Below, in pieces: positions 39,121 to 46,964 of a DNA stretch of 64,000 nucleotides. The number at the start of each line of letters is the position of its first letter. The first letter of the stretch is position 1. The notes under the pieces are model-generated. The model saw only the letters and a program-made list of their open reading frames with translations, was not told the origin of the DNA and made no database searches. The DNA is from Vulcanimicrobiota bacterium. Its GTDB lineage: Bacteria; Vulcanimicrobiota; Vulcanimicrobiia; Vulcanimicrobiales; Vulcanimicrobiaceae. The stretch covers positions 279,674 to 343,673 of the forward strand of contig CAWCHS010000004.1 in assembly GCA_963795405.1 (NCBI GenBank), read 5' to 3'. The translations under genes and the position numbers were made by a program.

Positions 39121-40239
39121 CTAGGCGCGCGGCACGGCGAGCGTGAAGCGCGCGCCGCCCAGCGGAGAGCGTTCCAGCGTGATCCGTCCTCCGGCGCGCT
39201 CGACGATCAGCCGCGCCAGCGCGAGCCCGATCCCGGTCCCGGCGGCGTGCGTCGCCCCGCGCTCCCCCAGCTCGAAGATCCGCTCGCGATCGATCGCCGC
39301 GATCCCGGGACCGTCGTCGTCGACCGTGATGCGGACGCGGTCGGCGCGCGCCGCGTCGATGCCGATGAAGACCCCGCCGCCCGTCTTGCCGTGCTTCACC
39401 GCGTTGTCGATCAGATTCACCAGAACGAGCGTGAGCTGGTCGAGTCCGATCGCGACGGCGAGGGCCGGCGGGTCGGCGAACGCGATCCCGACGCCGCACC
39501 GAATCGCGTTCGCGGTGCACGCGTCGTGGGCGGCGTGCAGCGCGTCGCGCACCTCGCATCTGGCGCGCGCGGGGCCGACGGCGTGCAGATCGAGCAGCGA
39601 GATCTCGAACATCCCTTCGACCAGCCGGCTCAAGCGCAGCGACTCGCCGTGCGCGATTCGCATGAAACGCGCGCGCGTTCCGGCGTCGATCTCACCGTCG
39701 AGGAGGGTCTCGAGGTAACCGCGGATCGAGGCGAGCGGCGTGCGCAGCTCGTGGCCGAGCGAGGAGAAGAACGCGTAGCGTTCTCGCTCCTGCGCCCCGC
39801 GCAGCAGCGCGCGCTCGATCACCGCGCTCGGCTTCCCGGCGTCGGATGCCGCGTCGTAGGTCGTCCAGCCGCCGAGGACGTCGAGCCGCGTCGCGGACTC
39901 GAGCGTCGCGGCGATGCGCGCCAGCGCGGAGCGCGCGTCGGCTGCGGGCGGCACGTCGGCTCCGCCGCGCGTCGGCGCGAGCAATGCCGCCACGAACACG
40001 TCGCTGGCCGCGTCGTGCGCGACGAGATCGCCGGCGCGCAGCACGCGCAGCGCCGCGGTCGAGAACGCCGCCGAGGCGCGCCGCTCGAGCGCGCGCGCCG
40101 CACGCAGCCCACGCCGCCACGCGACGCGCTCGAGCCCGGGCAGGCGCACCACCAGCACCGGCGGCCCGCCGGGCGGTGCGCTGGCGAGCCGGCGTTCCAG
40201 CGCGGCGAGCGGGAGCAGCAGCGAAGCGGCTTCAGCCAC
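39121..40239 (-). CDS. Soluble sensor histidine kinase (HisKA/HATPase_c)
   Basis: GHELRTPL, NLIDNAVKHG, DDDGPGI, GTGIGL. Confidence 0.9.
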   Translation of the reverse strand: MAEAASLLLPLAALERRLASAPPGGPPVLVVRLPGLERVAWRRGLRAARALERRASAAFSTAALRVLRAGDLVAHDAASDVFVAALLAPTRGGADVPPAADARSALARIAATLESATRLDVLGGWTTYDAASDAGKPSAVIERALLRGAQERERYAFFSSLGHELRTPLASIRGYLETLLDGEIDAGTRARFMRIAHGESLRLSRLVEGMFEISLLDLHAVGPARARCEVRDALHAAHDACTANAIRCGVGIAFADPPALAVAIGLDQLTLVLVNLIDNAVKHGKTGGGVFIGIDAARADRVRITVDDDGPGIAAIDRERIFELGERGATHAAGTGIGLALARLIVERAGGRITLERSPLGGARFTLAVPRA

Positions 40240-40912
40240 AGCCGAACTTGTAGCCGTAGCCGTGCACGGTGTGCAGCAGCGGCGGAAGCTTCAGCCGCTC
40301 CTGCAGCTTCAGCCGCAGCCGCCGGACGTGCACGTCCACCGTGCGCTCGTCGCCTTCGAAGGCGAACCCCCAGACGCGCTGCAGCAGGACCGTGCGCGAG
40401 AGCGCGACGCCGGCGTTGCGCGCGAGCTCGAGCAGCAGCGCGAACTCGCGCGGCTTCAGCGTCACGTCCTCGCCGTCGACGCGCACCTCGCGCGCGGCTT
40501 CGTCGATCTCGAGCCGGTCGAAGCGCAGGACGACCGGGATCGGCGTCGCCGCCAGCTTCGCGCGCCGGCCGAGCGCCTTCACGCGCGCCACGACCTCGCG
40601 CGGCGAGAACGGCTTGCTCACGTAGTCGTCGGCGCCGATCTCGAGCCCGACGACCCGGTCGACCTCCTCCGAGCGCGCGGTCAGCACGAGGATCGGCAGC
40701 TCGAGCCGCTCGCGGCGGAGCGCCCGCACGACCTCGAGCCCGTCGACGACGGGCAGGCCGAGGTCCAGCACCATCACGTCGGCGCCGGCGCGCGCCGCGC
40801 GCAGCGCCGCCGTCCCGTCGGCGACGGCATCGCAGCGAAAGCCCTCGCGCTCGAGGTGGTGCACGAGAAGGTCGCGGATCGCCGTCTCGTCCTCGGCGAC
40901 CACGATGCGCAT
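40232..40912 (-). CDS. OmpR-family response regulator
   Basis: AEDE, LDLGLP, GADDYVSKPF, RTVDVHVRRLR, TVHGYGYK. Confidence 0.93.
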   Translation of the reverse strand: MRIVVAEDETAIRDLLVHHLEREGFRCDAVADGTAALRAARAGADVMVLDLGLPVVDGLEVVRALRRERLELPILVLTARSEEVDRVVGLEIGADDYVSKPFSPREVVARVKALGRRAKLAATPIPVVLRFDRLEIDEAAREVRVDGEDVTLKPREFALLLELARNAGVALSRTVLLQRVWGFAFEGDERTVDVHVRRLRLKLQERLKLPPLLHTVHGYGYKFGCG

Positions 40913-40962
40913 GACGCCCATGCCGGGGACGGTGCCCGCGCCCGCGCGAACCATCGCGCCGC

Positions 40963-41388
40963 TCAGGCCTCGTCTTTTTGCAGGGTTCCTTCGCCCTCGA
41001 GGACCGTCTCGCCGCGCTGGTTGACGACGACCGCGAGCACGCGCAGCCGCCGGCGCTCGGGGAGCAGCTCGGTCACCTCGGAACGCGCGGTCAGCGTGTC
41101 CCCGATGAAGACCGGAGCGCGAAAGTGCAGCGTCTGCGCGACGTAGATCCCGCCGGGGAGCTGCAGCAGCATCCCGGTCACCGTCGAGAGCAGGCTCGCG
41201 GTCAGCATCCCGTGCGCGGCGCGCTGCCCGAAGCGCGTCGTCTGCGCGTACTCGGCGTCGACGTGAAGCGGGTAGAAGTCGCCGCTGACGCCGGCGAACA
41301 GCAGCAGATCGGCCTCGGTGATCGTCTTGCTGAACGTCGCCGCATCGCCGACACGAAAGTCTTCGTACCGCTTTTGCGCGAAGCTCAC
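40963..41388 (-). CDS. MaoC family dehydratase
   Basis: FAGVSGDFYPLHVD, AHGML, FRAPVFIGDT; GTGA overlap. Confidence 0.9.
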   Translation of the reverse strand: MSFAQKRYEDFRVGDAATFSKTITEADLLLFAGVSGDFYPLHVDAEYAQTTRFGQRAAHGMLTASLLSTVTGMLLQLPGGIYVAQTLHFRAPVFIGDTLTARSEVTELLPERRRLRVLAVVVNQRGETVLEGEGTLQKDEA

Positions 41389-43145
41389 GACTCCGCGTCG
41401 GAGCCGCGCACGCGCACGACGTCGAGCGGTTCGGCGAGGCCGCGCAGCGCGAGCGTTCCATGCTCGGCGCCGGGGAGCGCGCCGCGCACGCGCGCATCGC
41501 CGGCGAGCGCCGCCGTGAAGAGGACCTCGCCCACTCCGGCGGCGCGCGCGACGCGCGCGGCGAGCGCGACCGTCGCGCCGGCGTAATCGAGCCGCTCGTT
41601 GGCGCGCAGAGCGACGCACGGCCCGACGTGCGCGCCGGCCCGCATCGGCAGCGGCGCCGCCGCGGCGAACGCCTGCGCGGCGAGCGCCGCGTCGCGCGGC
41701 TCGGCGAACACCGCCATCGCGCCGTCGCCGGTCGTCTTGACGAGCGCACCGCGGTGGACCGCGACGACGTCGTGCAGCGTCTCGAACTGCTCGGCGATCA
41801 GCGCGCTCGCGCGAACGTCGCCGAACTCCTCGTAGAGCCGCGTCGCACCGGCGACGTCGGTGAAGAGCATCGTCTGCTCGCGCAGCGGGAAGGTCGTTCC
41901 CGCCGCGACCGCTTCCTCGGGAAAGAGGTCGCGAAACGCCTGCAGCGCGACGATCCGCGCCGCCGTCGCGACGTCGGCGGCCGGCGTCTCGGCGCTCACG
42001 CGCAGGGGCAGATGGCGCGCCGAATCGTTGACGACCGCGATCCGGACCGTGCCCGGCAGGACGGACGCCGGCTCGACGCGCAGCGCGCCGGCCGCGGCGC
42101 TGACGCCTAGCGAGCGCGCGCCCGCGCCGTCCTCGACGCCGAACGCGGCGTCGGCTCCGCCGGCGCGGATGCGATGCGGCCCGGTCGCCAGCACCGCTTC
42201 GGCCTCGGCCGAGAGGTGCGGCGCGACGCGGAGCTGGGCGTGCGCGCGCGGCGCGCCGCGCGGACCGGTCGGCCGGTCGGGGTCGACGGCGCCGCGATCG
42301 CTCGCGCGGCCGTCGAAGACGATCTCGACCGTCCGGTCCAGCTCGACCGGAGCGCCGAGCTCGCAGCCCTCGCAGCGAGCCTCGCGCGGCAGCGCCGACA
42401 ACACGGGCGCGCCGCCGCACCAGCCGCCGCAGCCCGGGCAGACGATCCGCCAGTCGTAGTCGAGCAGCCCTTCGCGCGCGGCGGCCAGCATCGCCGCCGC
42501 GACGCGTTCGCGCGCCAGCCCCCAGGCATCGGCCAGCCCGAACGGCCGCATCGCGCCGAGCGGCGTCGGTCCGGAGCGCTCGACGAACGCGGCGAGCCGG
42601 CTCGCGACGGCGAGATCGTCGGCGCTGTGCGGCCGCAGGACGTCCAGGGCGTCGACGAAGCGGGCCGTCCCCGCGGCCGAGGCCTGCGCGGCGCCCCCGC
42701 CGCCTTCGGCCAGGGCGATCGCCCGGGTCACGGCGGCGGCCGCGGCCGTTCGCCGGCGCGCGAGCACGATCGGCGCCAGCATCGTGCCGAGCCCGCGCTG
42801 CGCCTCCAGCGTGACCGCCTGCTCGACGCGTGACCCGCCCTCCTCCGGGGCGACGGTCGTGTCGCAGACGAACCGCGCGAAGGGTCCGCGCCGGAAGACC
42901 CGCTCGACGGTGACCCGCCGCGGCGCCTCCCAGGTCCACGCCGGCTCCTCCCATTCCACCGCGAACGGACCGAGCGCGGCGCGGCCGATGGTCGCGCCGG
43001 CCCCGTCGTCGCGCGGCTCGCGCTCGTACTCGGCGTCGGGGAAGCTCCCGTCGCGCTCGAGGGCCCCGCTCGCGCAGAGCGCCCGCCACACCGCGTCCGG
43101 CGCGGCCACCGACGTGAAGGTCGCGGACTCTTCGAAGCTCTTCAT
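41385..43145 (-). CDS. Class III adenylate/guanylate cyclase with N-terminal SRPBCC-like and DUF5939-like domains
   Basis: LFTDV, VKTTGDGAMA, GAHVG, LDY; CPGC/CEGC motif; APDAVWRAL N-terminus. Confidence 0.8.
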   Translation of the reverse strand: MKSFEESATFTSVAAPDAVWRALCASGALERDGSFPDAEYEREPRDDGAGATIGRAALGPFAVEWEEPAWTWEAPRRVTVERVFRRGPFARFVCDTTVAPEEGGSRVEQAVTLEAQRGLGTMLAPIVLARRRTAAAAAVTRAIALAEGGGGAAQASAAGTARFVDALDVLRPHSADDLAVASRLAAFVERSGPTPLGAMRPFGLADAWGLARERVAAAMLAAAREGLLDYDWRIVCPGCGGWCGGAPVLSALPREARCEGCELGAPVELDRTVEIVFDGRASDRGAVDPDRPTGPRGAPRAHAQLRVAPHLSAEAEAVLATGPHRIRAGGADAAFGVEDGAGARSLGVSAAAGALRVEPASVLPGTVRIAVVNDSARHLPLRVSAETPAADVATAARIVALQAFRDLFPEEAVAAGTTFPLREQTMLFTDVAGATRLYEEFGDVRASALIAEQFETLHDVVAVHRGALVKTTGDGAMAVFAEPRDAALAAQAFAAAAPLPMRAGAHVGPCVALRANERLDYAGATVALAARVARAAGVGEVLFTAALAGDARVRGALPGAEHGTLALRGLAEPLDVVRVRGSDAES

Positions 43146-43240
43146 TCCGACCTAGCGGTGAGGGCCGGCATCGAGCGCGAACGATTCGACACGATGAGGC
43201 CGCCTTTGATCGCTCGCTCTCTCCTCCCCTTCGGACTCGC

Positions 43241-43960
43241 GTGATCGCAGCCGACGTTCAGTTCCGCACGGCCGCCAACGCCGCCGCCGCGGCGTTCGCG
43301 CAAACCCCGCCGTACCTCGTCTACCGCACGCACGTCGCGATCGACCTGCCCGCGCTGAACCGGCACAAGGTGATCGACCGCGAGGTCGAGACCCGGACGC
43401 GCGACGACTTCGCGCTGCTCCACGATCTGCCGAACGGCGGGCGGCAGTACGCGCACAGCTTTCCGCTCATCCCCAGCTTCGATGCGATCTCGTACTTCCG
43501 GTTCCAGTTCAACGGTTCGCAGCGCGACTCGCTGAGCTACGTGAAGGAGATCCAGCCGATCACCTTCACCGAGAACGAGGTCTCGCACGCCGACGTCGTC
43601 GTGAAGATGCTGCGCTACTACCGCGCGTCCTACGCGCCCGACTCGACCGACGCGGTGGCGCACATCCTGATGGAACCGCTCCCGACGCTGACCCGCGGGA
43701 ACGAATCCGACTTCTACCTGCACGACGTCTACGTCGACACGGCGACGAACCTGCCGACGCGCGTGGCCTACGAAGGTCCGTCGGCCTCGTTCAGCTGCGA
43801 CTACGTCGTCGTCGGCGGGCACTGGCTGGTGCAGCACGCGACGTACCGCCAGACGTTCTTCGGCCCGCTGCACATCGGCCGCGTCACGGCGACGGCCGAG
43901 GCGACGAACTCCGATTTCAGCTTTCCGGCGGCGCCGAGCGACCCGAAGCTCGCGCTGTGA
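43241..43960 (+). CDS. Hypothetical beta-rich exported-type protein; 5' end possibly frameshifted
   Basis: Clean high-GC3 ORF; a signal-peptide-like frame from ATG 43194 is offset by one base. Confidence 0.65.
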   Translation: MIAADVQFRTAANAAAAAFAQTPPYLVYRTHVAIDLPALNRHKVIDREVETRTRDDFALLHDLPNGGRQYAHSFPLIPSFDAISYFRFQFNGSQRDSLSYVKEIQPITFTENEVSHADVVVKMLRYYRASYAPDSTDAVAHILMEPLPTLTRGNESDFYLHDVYVDTATNLPTRVAYEGPSASFSCDYVVVGGHWLVQHATYRQTFFGPLHIGRVTATAEATNSDFSFPAAPSDPKLAL

Positions 43961-43963
43961 CGA

Positions 43964-43995
43964 CGGCGCGCCGTCCGGTCCGGAACGGCGCGCCG
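43964..43995. terminator. Hairpin between a convergent gene and tRNA-Ser
   Basis: 11-bp stem CGGCGCGCCGT/ACGGCGCGCCG; no U tract. Confidence 0.5.
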
Positions 43996-44001
43996 CGAAC
44001 G

Positions 44002-44092
44002 TGGCGGAGAGGGAGAGATTCGAACTCTCGAGACGCTATCAACGTCTGCCCGCTTTCGAGGCGGGTGCCTTCAACCACTCGACCACCTCTCC
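44002..44092 (-). tRNA. tRNA-Ser(CGA)
   Basis: Cloverleaf, CCCGC-CT CGA AA-GCGGG anticodon arm, long variable arm, encoded CCA. Confidence 0.96.
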
Positions 44093-44096
44093 GTGG

Positions 44097-44600
44097 TCAC
44101 CGCCGGGTTGCGAAGAATCCGCGCAGCTGGGCGGCGGCTTCGTCCGCGAGCACCCCGTCGACGACGTCGACCCGATGGTTCACGGCGGCCGATCCGAGTA
44201 TATCGATGACCGACCCCGCGGCCCCTCCCTTCGGGTCGCGGCAGCCGAAGACCAGGCGCTCGATCCGCGCCGCGGCGAGCGCGCCGGCGCACATGGCACA
44301 CGGCTCCTTCGTGACGTAGAGCGACCCGCCGATCCGCCAGCGGCCGAGCGCGCGCGCCGCCCCGCGAATCACCAGCATCTCGGCGTGCGCGGTCGGATCG
44401 GGGAGCCGTTCCTTGGCGTTCCACGCTTCGAAGACGCGGCCGTCGACGGCGAGCACCGCGCCGATCGGCACGTCGCCCGCTTCGGCCGCTCGCTCGGCCA
44501 GCGCGATCGCGCGGCGTACGTACGCGACGTCGTCGTCGCGAAAGGAAACTCGCTCCCGGCCCGGCTCGAACGGGCAACCTTCGCCTTCGGAGGGCGACAC
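44097..44600 (-). CDS. tadA: tRNA adenosine(34) deaminase; start uncertain (44600 is a GTG inside the tRNA)
   Basis: DVPIGAV, PTAHAEM, TKEPCAMCAGA, DPKGGA. Confidence 0.9.
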   Translation of the reverse strand: MSPSEGEGCPFEPGRERVSFRDDDVAYVRRAIALAERAAEAGDVPIGAVLAVDGRVFEAWNAKERLPDPTAHAEMLVIRGAARALGRWRIGGSLYVTKEPCAMCAGALAAARIERLVFGCRDPKGGAAGSVIDILGSAAVNHRVDVVDGVLADEAAAQLRGFFATRR

Positions 44601-44624
44601 TCTATCCAATTGAGCTACGGGAGC
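44551..44624 (-). tRNA. tRNA-Arg(CCG)
   Basis: GCTCCCG/CGGGAGC acceptor, TCGCC-CT CCG AA-GGCGA, TTCGAGC T-loop; no encoded CCA. Confidence 0.95.
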
Positions 44625-44625
44625 C

Positions 44626-44773
44626 TGCCGCCATCTCGCTGCGCTCGATGGCGGTTCGGCATGACCCGCGTACAACGCGGGTCAGCCTTCCTTCGGTGTG
44701 TGCCTTCGGGCGGCGGGGTCTCGCTACCGCCTGCGGGCGCGGTGAGTTTGGGGTCGTCGCGGGCGCGGTGAGT
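44626..44773. repeat. Hairpin-rich spacer with a 15-bp direct repeat
   Basis: Stems 44628-44654, 44662-44684 and 44712-44731; GCGGGCGCGGTGAGT at 44733 and 44759. Confidence 0.7.
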
Positions 44774-44830
44774 CGGTCGTGGCGAGGCGCGGTGGGTTTG
44801 GTTGCGTGGCGAGTCGTGGTGCGCGTGGCG

Positions 44831-45088
44831 TTAGCGGCGGTCTTCGGTGGCGGCGGGGCCGGTTGGACCGGTGGGGCCGCTGCTCGGCATGTGCTTGAAG
44901 AGGTCCAGCTTGTGTTCGACGAGTCCCCGGTAGAATTTGCGCACGCAGTCGGGATGCCCGAAGAAGTACGTGCGCGCGTACGCCAGATCGTCCCCCGAGC
45001 TGTCCGGCACGTAGTGGCTGATTTCGATCTCCTCCATCTGCGCCCGGTCGACCGGGTGCGGGCAGAAATCGCAGGGGATCGTCGACAT
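44831..45088 (-). CDS. Small hypothetical protein with CxxC...HxxC
   Basis: GAGG SD; CDFC and HPDC; Gly/Pro tail. Confidence 0.65.
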   Translation of the reverse strand: MSTIPCDFCPHPVDRAQMEEIEISHYVPDSSGDDLAYARTYFFGHPDCVRKFYRGLVEHKLDLFKHMPSSGPTGPTGPAATEDRR

Positions 45089-45108
45089 GGTGTACCTCGA
45101 GAAATTCC

Positions 45109-45180
45109 TGACTCGGGTAGGATTTGAACCTACGACCTAGGGCTTATGAGTCCCCCGCTCTACCGCTGAGCTACCGAGCC
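45109..45180 (-). tRNA. tRNA with CAT anticodon (elongator Met or Ile2)
   Basis: GGCTCGG/CCGAGTC acceptor, CT CAT AA loop, TTCAAAT; G1-C72 pair so not an initiator; no CCA. Confidence 0.9.
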
Positions 45181-45290
45181 GTTGCCGTCCGTGCGTCGAA
45201 CGCACGTCGATTATCCAGAACACGTCAAGACCCTGCCGGGCTGCGTGCGTGCGGCAGGCCCCGGGCCGGGGGCTCCGCCAAGTGTACGGC

Positions 45291-46931
45291 ATGACGTTCC
45301 GGGTGTTTACCTCCCTGGCGGTCGCGGCGTTGCTCGCGAACGCTGCATCACCGCTTCCCTCGGCTGCTGCGCAGGACGACGCAGCCGCGGTCATGGCGCG
45401 ACACGCAGCCTACGTCGGCGCTCCGCAAGGCCTCGTGCTGCGCTATCGCTTTGAACGCGACGCCTCCGCGACGCCGCGGCCCTCGCCCTCGCCCGACGAA
45501 GCCGACATTCCCAAGAGCGGTCCGCCCGAGACGGTGACCTATCGGCGTGGCGCGCTCTTTCGCCAGCTCGGGTCGGGGAACGGGAACTCGACCGAGAGCG
45601 GCTTCACCGGACGCGCGTTCTGGGAGGCCGACGACAACGGCTACACCGTGCTCTTGCTGGAAGACCAGGGCCGTCGCGCGCTCACCGAAAACGCGCTCGA
45701 CAGCGATCAGCTCGCCGGCGCGACGCTGGAGTCGCGCGGAACGCGCACCGTGAACGGTATCCTCTGTGACATCGTGCGCGTCACGCCGCCGGCGGGCGTC
45801 ACCGCCGAGGTCGCCGTCGACCGCGCGACCGGCGGCTTCGTGAAGATCGTCTACGAACCCGACGACCGCTACGTGCACGACGACGAGACGATCGTCGGCT
45901 ACAAGGAGATCGCGCCCGGCGTTCGCGTCCCGGGCGCGTACAAGGCCGCCCACGGCGAATACAAGCTCGTCGACGGCACCGTGCGCGCGGTGACGAACGA
46001 CGAGCTCCGCGGCCCGGTGCCGACCGCGAAGTGGACGTTCGCCTCGACGGATGCGACGCCGATCGACGTCGTGACGCGCACGCCGGAGTTCGGGTTCATG
46101 CCGCCCGGCAAAGCGGTGCACGTGCACGCGACGATCAACGGAACGCCCGGAACCTTTCTGCTCGACTCCGGCGACGGCGCGGACATCCTGCTCTACAGCG
46201 CCTTCACCGACAAGCTCGCGAAGAAGCTCACGACGATCGGCCGCACCGGCTTCTCGGGGATCAACGGGCGCGGCGTCGCCGCGCGGCTCGAGCGCGTCGA
46301 CACGCTCCAAGTCGGGAAGAACACCCTTTCGAACGTCTCCGTCTCGGTCGCGAAGGGCGGCTTCGGCGCCGACATCGACGGGATTCTCGGCTTCGACTTC
46401 CTCGCCGGCGCGATCGTCGACGTGAACCTCGCCGAGAAGACGATTCGCATCCTCGACCCGAGCGTCTACGAGCCGACCGTCGTCAAAGGCGCCTACGCCT
46501 TTCCGATCAATCTGGCGAGCCGCCAGCCGGGGATCTCGCTCCGCGTCGGCGACGCCGAGACGAAAGCGGTCTTCGACAGCGGCGACTCCTTTCTGGTCTC
46601 GCTCAGCGACGATCTCCTGCGCAGCCGGCGCGTCGTCGCGCTCACCGACACCACGCGCATTGCGGACCCGTATTCCGGCGCGCCGATGGAGTTCCAGTAC
46701 AACCTCTTCTTCGTCGGCGTCGACGGGCCGACAAGCGTTCCGGCGAAGTGCTCCCGCATCAACCAGCTCGAGGTCGGTCCGTACCGCTACGAGCGCGTCG
46801 AGACGTGCTTCGCGCCGGCCGAGGTGTTCGGAAAGGACGGCGGCCTGATCGGGATGGACTTCCTCCAGCACTTCAACTGGACGTTCGACTACGTCGACTC
46901 GAAGCTCGTGCTCACGCCGAACGGGCTCTGA
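45291..46931 (+). CDS. Secreted protein with two retropepsin-like aspartyl protease domains
   Basis: Signal peptide; FLLDSG and AVFDSG; DGILGFDF and GLIGMDFL. Confidence 0.78.
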   Translation: MTFRVFTSLAVAALLANAASPLPSAAAQDDAAAVMARHAAYVGAPQGLVLRYRFERDASATPRPSPSPDEADIPKSGPPETVTYRRGALFRQLGSGNGNSTESGFTGRAFWEADDNGYTVLLLEDQGRRALTENALDSDQLAGATLESRGTRTVNGILCDIVRVTPPAGVTAEVAVDRATGGFVKIVYEPDDRYVHDDETIVGYKEIAPGVRVPGAYKAAHGEYKLVDGTVRAVTNDELRGPVPTAKWTFASTDATPIDVVTRTPEFGFMPPGKAVHVHATINGTPGTFLLDSGDGADILLYSAFTDKLAKKLTTIGRTGFSGINGRGVAARLERVDTLQVGKNTLSNVSVSVAKGGFGADIDGILGFDFLAGAIVDVNLAEKTIRILDPSVYEPTVVKGAYAFPINLASRQPGISLRVGDAETKAVFDSGDSFLVSLSDDLLRSRRVVALTDTTRIADPYSGAPMEFQYNLFFVGVDGPTSVPAKCSRINQLEVGPYRYERVETCFAPAEVFGKDGGLIGMDFLQHFNWTFDYVDSKLVLTPNGL

Positions 46932-46964
46932 TCCCTCCCCAGACCGCTGTTCGCTAGGAGATTG

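Noticed and set aside
45200-45240. Sigma70 promoter for the tRNA(CAT) operon (TTGACG...GATAAT)
   Set aside because: Spacing is about 8 nt, far from 17
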